A stretch of 43,481 bases of DNA from a virus (lineage: Duplodnaviria; Caudoviricetes), in the IMG/VR virus record IMGVR_UViG_3300048599_000711, positions 1 to 43,481 of that record; one strand, 5' to 3'. Below are positions 9,735-18,348 of the stretch, one piece after another. Numbering within the stretch: position 1 is the stretch's first letter; each line of letters begins with the position of its first letter. Below the pieces are notes generated by a model. The model did no database searches. It saw nothing but the letters and a program-made list of their open reading frames with translations, and was not told the DNA's origin. A program made the position numbers and the translations under genes.

Positions 9735-10413
9735 ATATTTCGGTATTTATATCCAGGAGCATCGGGATCGAGCACGCGCTTGGTGGTCTCTCAGTAAGGG
9801 TCACGCGGATCGGCAGGCTGCCGAAAGCCTCTTTATTTTGAATCGGTTGGCTAAAGGGAGAGGTGTACCAGCAGATATCGTTTACCAATTGAAGAACCAG
9901 GCCGTTCGTCTGTTTTACCAGAAAGGATACTGCACCCGGGTGACAAAAAGCGTTCAAGAGATGGAATGCTGGCACACGCAACGTTATCTTGACGGTGAAA
10001 CGGATTATTGCCCAAAATGCGATAACACGGGCGTTTATCGCCGCTATGCACTGTATTCTTTCGTTTTTTATATCGATGGGAAGCGGTTTAACTGGCATCA
10101 ACCAGAGGGGATGGTGACCTGGCCTGTGATGCTCAATGAGGGTATTGAGATTTACAGCGGTGAACGATCCAACGCAGTGGGTGCAAAGCAAGACGTGAAC
10201 CGGGCTGTCTGGGTGGTTTATCAATGGTTGAGGCAGAACGAAGTAGCGGGAGAGGATTTACCCAGACAGCGAAACCTGCTTCAGGCGCTTCAAATCGATC
10301 TGATTGTGATCCGCGAAGGATGGATTTACCAGATACACCAATGGGCGGAATATCGGAATGGGCCGGTGGCCAGGCGAATCCGTGAGTGGGAGAGGGAAAG
10401 GATACCGTTTTAA
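9727..10413 (+). CDS. Hypothetical protein
   Basis: GGAGG RBS, CPKC motif, F..HQP motif. Confidence 0.7.
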   Translation: MFKYFGIYIQEHRDRARAWWSLSKGHADRQAAESLFILNRLAKGRGVPADIVYQLKNQAVRLFYQKGYCTRVTKSVQEMECWHTQRYLDGETDYCPKCDNTGVYRRYALYSFVFYIDGKRFNWHQPEGMVTWPVMLNEGIEIYSGERSNAVGAKQDVNRAVWVVYQWLRQNEVAGEDLPRQRNLLQALQIDLIVIREGWIYQIHQWAEYRNGPVARRIREWERERIPF

Positions 10414-10507
10414 AGGGTTTCCAGATTCCTTGATTGAAGCCTGAAAACTGATCGTAAACCGGCGAGATATAAAAACGGATTAGCTGATTGAAAAGATAGG
10501 ATATAAG

Positions 10508-10696
10508 ATGGTAAATGATGCTGAATTTGATGGCATGGTAGATTACGCGTACTGGTGCATGGACCAGGCAGGATGGAAGTCAGTCGAGTGCCCAAATTGT
10601 GGATGCCCTCGTTATCAGAAAGGCCACATCCTAGAACAATGCCCGGAATGCGGAGACGAAGAGACTGACCTCTCAATGATAAGGCCTGTGCCATGA
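10508..10696 (+). CDS. Small zinc-ribbon protein
   Basis: CPNC...CPEC. Confidence 0.55.
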   Translation: MVNDAEFDGMVDYAYWCMDQAGWKSVECPNCGCPRYQKGHILEQCPECGDEETDLSMIRPVP

Positions 10697-10702
10697 AAAA
10701 AA

Positions 10703-11274
10703 GCCTATTCGGAATAACGTGTGGAAAGGAATGATTGAAAATGTCACTTGACGTATATCTTGAAATGCCAATCAGCCATGAGGCCGAACCAAAGATTTTT
10801 ATTCGTCGCAATGGCGCGAATGTGGAGATAACCCGCGCCGAATGGGATGCGCTTTACCCTGAGCGTGAACCACTCGTAACCAATCACGGCGAATCCAACG
10901 AGGTCTTTTGGGCGAATATTACCCATAATCTCGGTGGAATGGCAGACGCCGCCGGCATCTATCATGCCTTATGGAGACCTGATGAGGTTGGGTTCTCCAA
11001 AACCCAACATCTAATTGGGCCGTTACAGGAAGGTTTGAAGCGTCTAAAAGAGAATCCTGGGGAATTCCGCAAGTACAACCCCACCAATGGATGGGGAACA
11101 TACGAGGATTTGATTGATTTTGCTGAACGGTATCTGGCTGCATGTGAGGAGTTTCCGGATGCTGATGTACATGTATCGAGATAGACAAACAAACCAGTAG
11201 AGAGCAATCTACATGAGGAGATTAATGCGTGAAACCAAACATCAACGGATTTCCACACGAAAATCCGAATAGCC
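10703..11274. mobile_element. Inverted-repeat-bounded single-gene cassette B
   Basis: Left GCCTATTCGGAATAACGTGTGGAAA vs right reverse complement GGCTATTCGGATTTTCGTGTGGAAA (21/25 match); A6-7 tracts outside both ends; same ends as cassette A. Confidence 0.6.
10741..11184 (+). CDS. Phage hypothetical protein (cargo of cassette B)
   Basis: MSLDVYL...ANITHNLGGMA...NPTNGWGTYE, typical phage protein pattern. Confidence 0.75.
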   Translation: MSLDVYLEMPISHEAEPKIFIRRNGANVEITRAEWDALYPEREPLVTNHGESNEVFWANITHNLGGMADAAGIYHALWRPDEVGFSKTQHLIGPLQEGLKRLKENPGEFRKYNPTNGWGTYEDLIDFAERYLAACEEFPDADVHVSR

Positions 11275-11391
11275 GAAAAAATGCTGGCTTTTCAAGAAAA
11301 TCACTTGGGAAAGCCTCGTTTTAAACCTCGTTATAATATTTTATAAGCATTCCTAAGATTGCTGAAAACTGTTTCTCTGGAGAGGAAAAAT

Positions 11392-11628
11392 ATGAATCTG
11401 TATCGTCTAAACGTCAGTTGGTTTGGAAAGGAACACCTTGGACAGTTCATGACTCTTGAAGAGTATTCCCGACTTCGAGATGAGTCCGGTAATACAGCGC
11501 CAATATCACCTGATGTACCTGATGCTCCGGCTTATTTTAATGATGGATCGGGAGTCGAAATTCTTACCTCTGCTGATGTTTTATGGAAAGAAGCCCATCC
11601 ATCTTTCCATAACAATTCATCTTGTTAA
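11392..11628 (+). CDS. Hypothetical protein
   Basis: GGAGAGGA RBS; AT-rich upstream region containing TATAAT. Confidence 0.6.
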   Translation: MNLYRLNVSWFGKEHLGQFMTLEEYSRLRDESGNTAPISPDVPDAPAYFNDGSGVEILTSADVLWKEAHPSFHNNSSC

Positions 11629-11702
11629 CAGTTATATAAAAAATCAGCATGAATTATCCTAATAAAGGAAAAATGCCATAGTTACCCAGGTCAATTGTTA
11701 TT

Positions 11703-11722
11703 CCGATAACCTTTCTTATCGG
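11703..11722. repeat. Dif-like palindrome copy 4
   Basis: CCGATAA CCTTTC TTATCGG (TCCG/CGGA extension). Confidence 0.9.
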
Positions 11723-11741
11723 ACCTAAATAACTCATTCAC

Positions 11742-11778
11742 CCGGATGTTTTCACCCTTACCAGATGAGAACATCCGG
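11742..11778. terminator. Hairpin between convergent genes
   Basis: CCGGATGTTTTCA...TGAGAACATCCGG followed by T-rich sequence. Confidence 0.55.
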
Positions 11779-11786
11779 ATTTGTAT

Positions 11787-12059
11787 TTATTTACCCTCAG
11801 CCAAACGATTTTGAAGGACTTGTAGCTGTTCTCGTAAGCGGATCGCCTCTTTGTGCTCTTCCAGGAGCATCGCCAGGAGAAATGTCTCCATTGGCAAAGA
11901 ATTCGCAGCATAGGCAGCCGCAGCTAGGTGATTACGAGCCTCTACAAATAATTCATCCAGCGCGAGCTGGTCCTGGCGGCGTAATGCGCGACGAAAGCGA
12001 CCGAAGGCAGCCTCCTCTTCATGAAATGATTGTGTGATTGATGGCATTGTACGTCCCAT
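11787..12059 (-). CDS. Small helical protein resembling the MGRT-family (arCOG07300-like) partner of PolB2 damage-response operons
   Basis: MGRTMPS...FRRALRRQDQLALDELF...LPMETFLLAMLLE; strong RBS AAGGAGG on the minus strand. Confidence 0.6.
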   Translation of the reverse strand: MGRTMPSITQSFHEEEAAFGRFRRALRRQDQLALDELFVEARNHLAAAAYAANSLPMETFLLAMLLEEHKEAIRLREQLQVLQNRLAEGK

Positions 12060-12213
12060 TGATTATTCCTCCTTTCTGGAAAGTATGACATAGAGGCATC
12101 TTGATGCCCATTCTCCATTCAGGGGATGAACGGGGGATATGATGGGTTCCCCCATAGGAGGACCCATATTTAGGGCCAGAGAAGTAAATAGCCCGAAGAT
12201 CTGCATCATCCTA

Positions 12214-12248
12214 GAACGCTTGTTTCCCGATTCGAACCGTGATATGAT
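12214..12248 (+). promoter_or_regulatory. Sigma70-like promoter for the late operon with an overlapping LexA-like box
   Basis: TTGTTT-17 nt-TATGAT with extended TG; GAACGCTTGTTT resembles GAAC-N4-GTTC. Confidence 0.45.
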
Positions 12249-12317
12249 GAATCGGGTAATTTATTATTACCTAAATTAATATTTTATTTCTACTAATATT
12301 TAATTTAGGAGGTCCTA

Positions 12318-12746
12318 ATGATCGTCCCAGTTGTTGCCCAATATGTTGCTCATGGAGCTGCCGGCATCCAACAGGGGTTTCAGTGGTCATCCCTGGAACA
12401 GTATCTCCCTATCCTGTTCGGGCCGCAGGTTGTTGCGCTGCTGGCGCTGATTGCTGCGCAGGTGCTGCTGGCGGTTGCCCTGGCGCTGAAGAAGGAAATC
12501 TTCGATTGGAAGCAGCTCCCCAACTTCTACAAGACGATGGTCTTGCCCCTGGTAATGGGTTGGGTCGCTTGCTCCATCCTGGCCAAGTTTGCGACGCCGG
12601 CCGTTTTAGGTCCCGAATATGGGAACCTGGCAGCCGAAAGCATTAGCGGCATCGCCTACCTGGCCATCGTCGCGTCTCTGGGATCTCGGATCATCACCAC
12701 CGCAAAAGAACTGTACGGTGAGATGACCTCGCCGTTTGGGGGGTAA
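12318..12746 (+). CDS. Putative holin
   Basis: About three hydrophobic helices, AGGAGG RBS, first gene of the late operon. Confidence 0.65.
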   Translation: MIVPVVAQYVAHGAAGIQQGFQWSSLEQYLPILFGPQVVALLALIAAQVLLAVALALKKEIFDWKQLPNFYKTMVLPLVMGWVACSILAKFATPAVLGPEYGNLAAESISGIAYLAIVASLGSRIITTAKELYGEMTSPFGG

Positions 12747-12749
12747 TTT

Positions 12750-13184
12750 ATGCCAGGTGTGACGATCCTGGATGTTATTGGCGCCATCGGCGGCTTAGGG
12801 GGAGCCGCCGCATTTTTATCCGTGCTGATGGACCGGCGGCTGCGGCGAGCCCAGGCGCGCAAGACCGAGGCAGAGGTAGCAGGGACGATTGTCGACTCTT
12901 CCGGCGACCTGGTCGATCAGTATCGCAAATTGGCAGAGGAATCACGCTGCGAAGTAGCCGAGCTTAAGAAGACTCTCAACCAGCATTCCGGTCAGATCGG
13001 GCTGCTCAACCGGACGGTCGAGCGCTACGCTCAGCGCATCACCTACCTGATGGGCGGCATTTCCCAACTCATCCAGCAGATTGTTGGTCTCAACGCCACG
13101 CCCATCTGGACACCAGACCGCTGGACCGGCGATGAGGAGCTGCACGACGGCCCCTTCCCTCCCCGTACCCCACCCAGCAGTTAA
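12750..13184 (+). CDS. Membrane-anchored coiled-coil protein (lysis accessory-like)
   Basis: N-terminal TM segment followed by coiled coil, adjacent to the holin. Confidence 0.55.
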   Translation: MPGVTILDVIGAIGGLGGAAAFLSVLMDRRLRRAQARKTEAEVAGTIVDSSGDLVDQYRKLAEESRCEVAELKKTLNQHSGQIGLLNRTVERYAQRITYLMGGISQLIQQIVGLNATPIWTPDRWTGDEELHDGPFPPRTPPSS

Positions 13185-13237
13185 AAGAGATTCCTTAAAA
13201 GGCGAAACTCCGATTTTTCCGATTTTTGAGGTTATTC

Positions 13238-13840
13238 ATGGCGAAATCCCCACACGACGATGAAAAAACCGCTTTCCCGGCGTCTGAGGCAACGCCTGGT
13301 CAGGCGGAGAGTCGCCAGGCGCGCCAGGCGTTTTTGGAGAAGTCGGAGGACTGCCCGTGGTTACAGGATTATCTGGAACTGCGGCTGGAGGGTTGGGATT
13401 GGCGCAAGGCAGCTTACATTGCCTGGGCATCCAGCCCAATGGCGGACCGTTGGCCGGAGAACCAGCAAAAGCTGGCGGTAGAAATTTTGGGGCTAAAGAG
13501 CGACCGCACCATCCGCACCTGGCGTGAGAAGGATCCGTCGATTGATGAACGGGTGGCGCGTTTGCAGATTGAGCCGCTGATGCAGCACCGGCGCGATGTA
13601 ATCATGGCGCTGATTGATTCCAGCAAGATCATTGGCAAGAACGGCGCGTCCGATCGGCGCACCTATTTGACTCTCACCAAGGATCTCAAGCCAGGCAAGG
13701 CCAATGATAACGACCGGGATGGGAAGCACTCCCCATCGCCATTCGCCAGCATGGACGATGATGAGCTGGAGCGTGTCATTCGCAATTTGCGGGCGGCAGC
13801 AGGAGAGGAAGAGGATGACGACACCGGGGATGATGAATGA
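13238..13840 (+). CDS. Putative terminase small subunit
   Basis: HTH (LAVEILGLKSDRTIRTW), acidic tail, immediately upstream of TerL. Confidence 0.7.
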   Translation: MAKSPHDDEKTAFPASEATPGQAESRQARQAFLEKSEDCPWLQDYLELRLEGWDWRKAAYIAWASSPMADRWPENQQKLAVEILGLKSDRTIRTWREKDPSIDERVARLQIEPLMQHRRDVIMALIDSSKIIGKNGASDRRTYLTLTKDLKPGKANDNDRDGKHSPSPFASMDDDELERVIRNLRAAAGEEEDDDTGDDE

Positions 13841-15524
13841 CCGCAGACGGCTGCAACAGGAGAACCTGGCGGCTGCCCTGGCGGAGCGTAACCGGCGCTC
13901 CTCAGCTCAGCGCACCGACCTGCTGACCTGGTCCATCGTTCACCGGGCAAACCTCAAGCCCGGTTTGCCGTTTAATCTGACCGACCATCCTTACCTGACC
14001 CAAATCTACCAGGATACTTCACGGATCATGGTCCTGTATAAAGCCAGCCAGATGGGCGCCAGCGAGTACGCGGTGTCTTATGCGCTTCAGGCAGCCGATG
14101 AACGCCTGGCAACCATTCTGTATGTCTTCCCCACAGACACCCATGTTTCGGATTTTTCCTCTGCCCGCATCGGTCCCGCCATTGAAGCCAGCCCGTACCT
14201 GGACCAGATCATCATTGAAGGCGGCGACGCCGGCGGGAAACGCGGCGCGGACCGGGTGACGCTGAAGCGCGTGCGGGACCGCTTTATCTATCTGCGCGGC
14301 GGGCAGGTCAAGCCGAATGGCCAGGCGCCACAGCTCAAATCCATCGACGCGGATGTGATCATCCTGGATGAAGTGGACGAAATTGACCCGCGCGCTCCTT
14401 TCATCGCCGAGAAACGCCTGGGACACTCCGCCATTGCCGAACAGCGCTGGATCTCCACCCCCACTTATCCGGGCGTGGGCATCCATGCCAAATGGCTGGA
14501 GAGCGACCAGCGCGAATGGTTTATACGCTGTGAGCACTGCGGCGAGCGGCAGCCGATGACCATCCACCAGGTGGTGCAGGAATGGGATGAGTTGGAGCGG
14601 CCTGTGAAGTGGCGGGACGATGTGGCCTGCCGGAAGTGCGGCAAGGCGCTGGACCGGTTAGCGACCGGCGAATGGGTGCCTACCTTCCCGGATCGGGAGA
14701 TCGCTGGGTTCCACCTGACCAAGTTATTTTCACCCACCGCGCACCTGGTGGAGCTGGTGAAAGGGCTGATCACCACCGATGAAACCAAGCGGCGTGAAGC
14801 TTTTAACCAGGACCTGGGCGAGACCTATACCCCGCGCGGCGGGCAGATCACCGATGCCACCCTGGACGAATGCCGCCGGGATTATGGCCGCGGACCGGCT
14901 GCCGGTGAGAAAACGGTAATGGGCGTGGATGTGAACAAGACTCTCAACGTGGTGATCCGCGGGCCACAGCACAAAGAGACCGGCGAACGGCCGCTGCGGT
15001 TTGCCGCGGAGGTCGAGTCTTTTGAAGCCCTGGGGTATTTGATCCGCCAGTATAAAGTTGGCCGCTGTGTGATTGACGCCCTTCCGGAGACGCGCAAGGC
15101 GCGCGAGATCCAGGATGCGTTTGCACCAAAGACGCGGAAAGAAGGTTTGATCGTTCCGGATTTCGAGCATGGCATCATCTGGCTGGCCTATTACGTTAAC
15201 CAGCAAACCGGCTCGAAAAACGCTGATCTGGCTGCCTGGGATAAGGACAAGGGCGTGGTGAACATCGACCGCACGCGCTCATTGGACACAACCTTCAGCC
15301 GCTTCTACGATCACCTCAACACCCTGCCCGGCGATGCCCGGGAACTACCTCAATACTATGCGCAGCTCAAAGCGCCGGTCCGCTCAGTGAAAAAGGACTC
15401 GACCGGTCAGCCGGTGGCGCATTACGTAGAAAGCAGCCCAGACCACTATGCGCACGCGGAAAACTACTGCACGGTGGCCGGTTTGGATATCCCCACCCGC
15501 CGCGCTGGCACCTGGGGACGGTAA
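13815..15524 (+). CDS. Terminase large subunit (lambda GpA-like family)
   Basis: KASQMGAS Walker A variant, IILDEVD Walker B, ISTPT, CEHC...CRKC, MGVDV nuclease, DHYAHAENY. Confidence 0.93.
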   Translation: MTTPGMMNDRRRLQQENLAAALAERNRRSSAQRTDLLTWSIVHRANLKPGLPFNLTDHPYLTQIYQDTSRIMVLYKASQMGASEYAVSYALQAADERLATILYVFPTDTHVSDFSSARIGPAIEASPYLDQIIIEGGDAGGKRGADRVTLKRVRDRFIYLRGGQVKPNGQAPQLKSIDADVIILDEVDEIDPRAPFIAEKRLGHSAIAEQRWISTPTYPGVGIHAKWLESDQREWFIRCEHCGERQPMTIHQVVQEWDELERPVKWRDDVACRKCGKALDRLATGEWVPTFPDREIAGFHLTKLFSPTAHLVELVKGLITTDETKRREAFNQDLGETYTPRGGQITDATLDECRRDYGRGPAAGEKTVMGVDVNKTLNVVIRGPQHKETGERPLRFAAEVESFEALGYLIRQYKVGRCVIDALPETRKAREIQDAFAPKTRKEGLIVPDFEHGIIWLAYYVNQQTGSKNADLAAWDKDKGVVNIDRTRSLDTTFSRFYDHLNTLPGDARELPQYYAQLKAPVRSVKKDSTGQPVAHYVESSPDHYAHAENYCTVAGLDIPTRRAGTWGR

Positions 15525-15532
15525 ATTTAGTA

Positions 15533-15552
15533 CTGATAATTGGTCTTATCGG
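15533..15552. repeat. Dif-like palindrome copy 5
   Basis: CTGATAA TTGGTC TTATCGG between terL and portal. Confidence 0.85.
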
Positions 15553-15571
15553 TCATAGGAGAAGATGAAAT

Positions 15572-16978
15572 ATGGCTGACACAGTGGGAGAACGAGCTTT
15601 ATCAGACAGTGAAATCGTGGTCATGTCTTCGCTGATTGGCAGAAGCATGCTGGCCAGAGCCATTCACGGCGGCACACAGTTCGACGGCCGGCGGGACCTT
15701 TACAATATTTTGGGGTATCCTCCTGAGATTCACTTTCAGGACTACGTCGAAAAATATCGCCGGCAGGACATCGCCGGGAAGATCGTTGACCTACCACCCC
15801 AGGATACCTGGCGCAAACCGCCGGTGATTACGGATGGCGATGAAGACACGACTCTCCCCACCCCGCGCAGCGCATTCCTTCAGGGGGTCAAATTTCTGGT
15901 AGAGAAACGGCGCTTATGGCATTACCTGCAACGGGTGGACCGCCTGGCTGGCGTCGGCCGATATGCCGTGCTGCTGGTTGGTACGCGCGGAGACAGCGAC
16001 ATCAAGGACGATCTCGCGCCGAACAGCCTGAGCGGTCCAGGCGACGTGATTTACCTGTCCGTTTTCTCTGAAGGCTCCGCTCAGATTACGAGTTTACAGC
16101 GCGATCCGCAGAGTGAACGCTTTGGGCTGCCGCTGCTCTATACCCTGAACCTGGGCGAAGGATTAGGCAGTGTGACAGCCCACTGGAGCCGGGTGCTGCA
16201 CGTGGCGGAGGATCTGCTGGAAGATGAAATCTATGGTATGCCGCGCCTGGAGCGCGTTTACAACCGGCTGGAGGATCTGCTTAAGGTGATTGGGGGCGGC
16301 AGTGAGGCCAGTTGGAAGAACATGGACCGCGGCATCCATGCGGACGTGCGCGACGGATTTGCGGACCTGGACGAGGACTCAGGGAAAAAGCTTAGCGATG
16401 AGATAGACGAATACATCCATGGGCTGCGCCGCTTCATCCGCACCCAAGGAGTGGACCTAAAACCTTTGGGCAGCGACGTGGTTGACCCAACCGGCATTTT
16501 CAACGCCACCATTGCGCTGATCTCCGCGGCCTGCGATATTCCCCAGCGCATTTTAATGGGCAGCGAGCGCGGTGAGCTGGCCAGCAGCCAGGACCAGGCC
16601 AACTGGGCCGGGGTGATCGCATCCCGCCAGACGCAGCACGCCGAACCGGCCATCCTGCGTCCCTTCCTGGACCGGCTGATCCTGTCTGGCGCGCTGCCAA
16701 AACCATCCAGCGGGATCTATGGGGTACAGTGGGCGAGTCTCTTCGAGCTCAACGAGCTGGAGAAAGCAAAGATCGCTGAGACCTATGCCAACGCCATTGC
16801 CAAGGTGGCTCCAGCCGGATCCGCGGATATCATCGTGCCGCCTGATGAATTCCGCGAAAAGTTCCTGAACCTGTCCCCCCGCCGGGCAGAGCAGGATTTG
16901 CTGGATGAAGAAGATGCCCTTAACCTGGACGATGAACCCGAGGAGGACGCCAATGGCAACCCGGCCAATCAAGAGTGA
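15572..16978 (+). CDS. Portal protein (DUF1073-type)
   Basis: YRRQDIAGKIVD, RFGLPLLY, HWSRVLH, IPQRILMGSERGELASSQD; position after TerL. Confidence 0.88.
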   Translation: MADTVGERALSDSEIVVMSSLIGRSMLARAIHGGTQFDGRRDLYNILGYPPEIHFQDYVEKYRRQDIAGKIVDLPPQDTWRKPPVITDGDEDTTLPTPRSAFLQGVKFLVEKRRLWHYLQRVDRLAGVGRYAVLLVGTRGDSDIKDDLAPNSLSGPGDVIYLSVFSEGSAQITSLQRDPQSERFGLPLLYTLNLGEGLGSVTAHWSRVLHVAEDLLEDEIYGMPRLERVYNRLEDLLKVIGGGSEASWKNMDRGIHADVRDGFADLDEDSGKKLSDEIDEYIHGLRRFIRTQGVDLKPLGSDVVDPTGIFNATIALISAACDIPQRILMGSERGELASSQDQANWAGVIASRQTQHAEPAILRPFLDRLILSGALPKPSSGIYGVQWASLFELNELEKAKIAETYANAIAKVAPAGSADIIVPPDEFREKFLNLSPRRAEQDLLDEEDALNLDDEPEEDANGNPANQE

Positions 16979-17222
16979 TATCAGCGTCAGCGCGATCCCT
17001 TACTTCTGCCCCAACTGCGGCGCGCGGGTGGGTGAATTCGTTCCGGTGGATAACGAAGTGCTGCTGGATGCAGGCGGCTGGCTGATCGGGGATGGCAAAC
17101 GTCACTGCCACCGGTGCGGGCGGCTGATCCACATCAAATCCCCCAAAGATCCCTGGGCTACACTGGTGCAGCGCTATATGGAGCGGCTGCGCCTGGCAGG
17201 TTTAGAAAAGGCGGCTGCATGA
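16953..17222 (+). CDS. Com-like zinc-ribbon protein
   Basis: CPNC...CHRC, AGGAGG RBS. Confidence 0.6.
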   Translation: MATRPIKSDISVSAIPYFCPNCGARVGEFVPVDNEVLLDAGGWLIGDGKRHCHRCGRLIHIKSPKDPWATLVQRYMERLRLAGLEKAAA

Positions 17223-18094
17223 CACTCATCACCAATGCCCGAACGGTGGAGGCGCGGCGCGACCCGACGCGCACCGCGGTGCTGCGCGATCAGTACACCA
17301 GCGCGGTCACAAAACGCTTTGTACAGATCAGACGTTTGATCCGCAAAACGGTGGTCGATAACGATGCGTTGATGCTGGAAGACCGGCGTGGAACGCTGCG
17401 CACCCTGGCCGCGCAACCAGCGCAGCGTTACGCCTTTCCCAGTGACCCGGCGGGCAAAGCGGATGCGTTCATGGCCTGGCTGATGGACGCGGTGGACCAG
17501 GACATACTGGAAGTGACCCAACGGGATGGGCGCAAGATCGCCAACCACAGCGCCTGGCAGAACCTGTACGTCAAGACCGCCTACACCAAGGGCATCTCCC
17601 GAGCGGACCAATTACTGGAGAAAGCTGGGCTGTTCGTTCCACCTGACCGTGAGATCTGGCAAATTTTTCAGCAGCCGATCCATGCCAACACGCTGGCCAT
17701 GCTGTATACCCGTAACTTCGACGATTTACGCGGCATCACCGAAGCGATGGGCACGCAGATCTCGCGCACGCTGACCATGGGCCTGGCACGCGGCTGGGGC
17801 ATGGCCCCGATTGCCCGCGCGCTGACCAAGGACGTAGACGGCATCGGGATCCGCCGGGCGACGCTGCTAGCGCGTACAGAGATCATCCACGCCTTTGCAG
17901 AGTCGACACTGAACCGCTTTGAAGAAGCAGGCGTTGAGGAAGTGGCTGGGGAAGTGGAGATTTCAACAGCCGGGGATCACCGGGTGTGCGAGGTTTGCAA
18001 GGGGTTGGTAGGGAAGAGATATACGATTAAAGAGGCCAGGGGGTTGATTCCGGTGCATCCGCAGTGCCGGTGTGCGTGGGTACCGATCTTATAA
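17219..18094 (+). CDS. Minor head / head morphogenesis protein (SPP1 gp7, Mu gpF family)
   Basis: RATLLARTEI...DHRVCEVC...PVHPQCRC. Confidence 0.9.
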   Translation: MTLITNARTVEARRDPTRTAVLRDQYTSAVTKRFVQIRRLIRKTVVDNDALMLEDRRGTLRTLAAQPAQRYAFPSDPAGKADAFMAWLMDAVDQDILEVTQRDGRKIANHSAWQNLYVKTAYTKGISRADQLLEKAGLFVPPDREIWQIFQQPIHANTLAMLYTRNFDDLRGITEAMGTQISRTLTMGLARGWGMAPIARALTKDVDGIGIRRATLLARTEIIHAFAESTLNRFEEAGVEEVAGEVEISTAGDHRVCEVCKGLVGKRYTIKEARGLIPVHPQCRCAWVPIL

Positions 18095-18275
18095 ATTGAA
18101 AAAATTTTCGAGTTTATACGAGCTTGATTTACCGTATTCCTTATTTCATTAATTCCATTTTTAGCAGAATAAATACGTGAATTAATTATTCAATTCATCC
18201 TGTGGTCAGAAATTAGTTCATCCTTTCAAAATAGAACAAATTTCCATTTCGTCCAATACTGTCCAAGAAAAGCCA

Positions 18276-18304
18276 TTGAAAAACCGAAACAAATGAGCTA
18301 AAAT
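18276..18304 (+). promoter_or_regulatory. Promoter of the ATPase-protease insertion
   Basis: TTGAAA-17 nt-TAAAAT; GTCCAA repeated at 18251, 18261 and 18324. Confidence 0.55.
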
Positions 18305-18348
18305 AACCTAGATATACAAGCTTGTCCAAAAAAGGGAGTAATTATCGT

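Noticed and set aside
12090-12170. Small hairpins (GGCATC/GATGCC; ATGGGT/ACCCAT) as a possible ncRNA or tRNA
   Set aside because: Short stems, single copy, no cloverleaf or recognisable motif.
15572-16978. Anti-CBASS Acb1 label often attached to DUF1073 proteins
   Set aside because: No paired HxT motifs in this ORF; it is the portal. The 2H domain is in the protease ORF instead.
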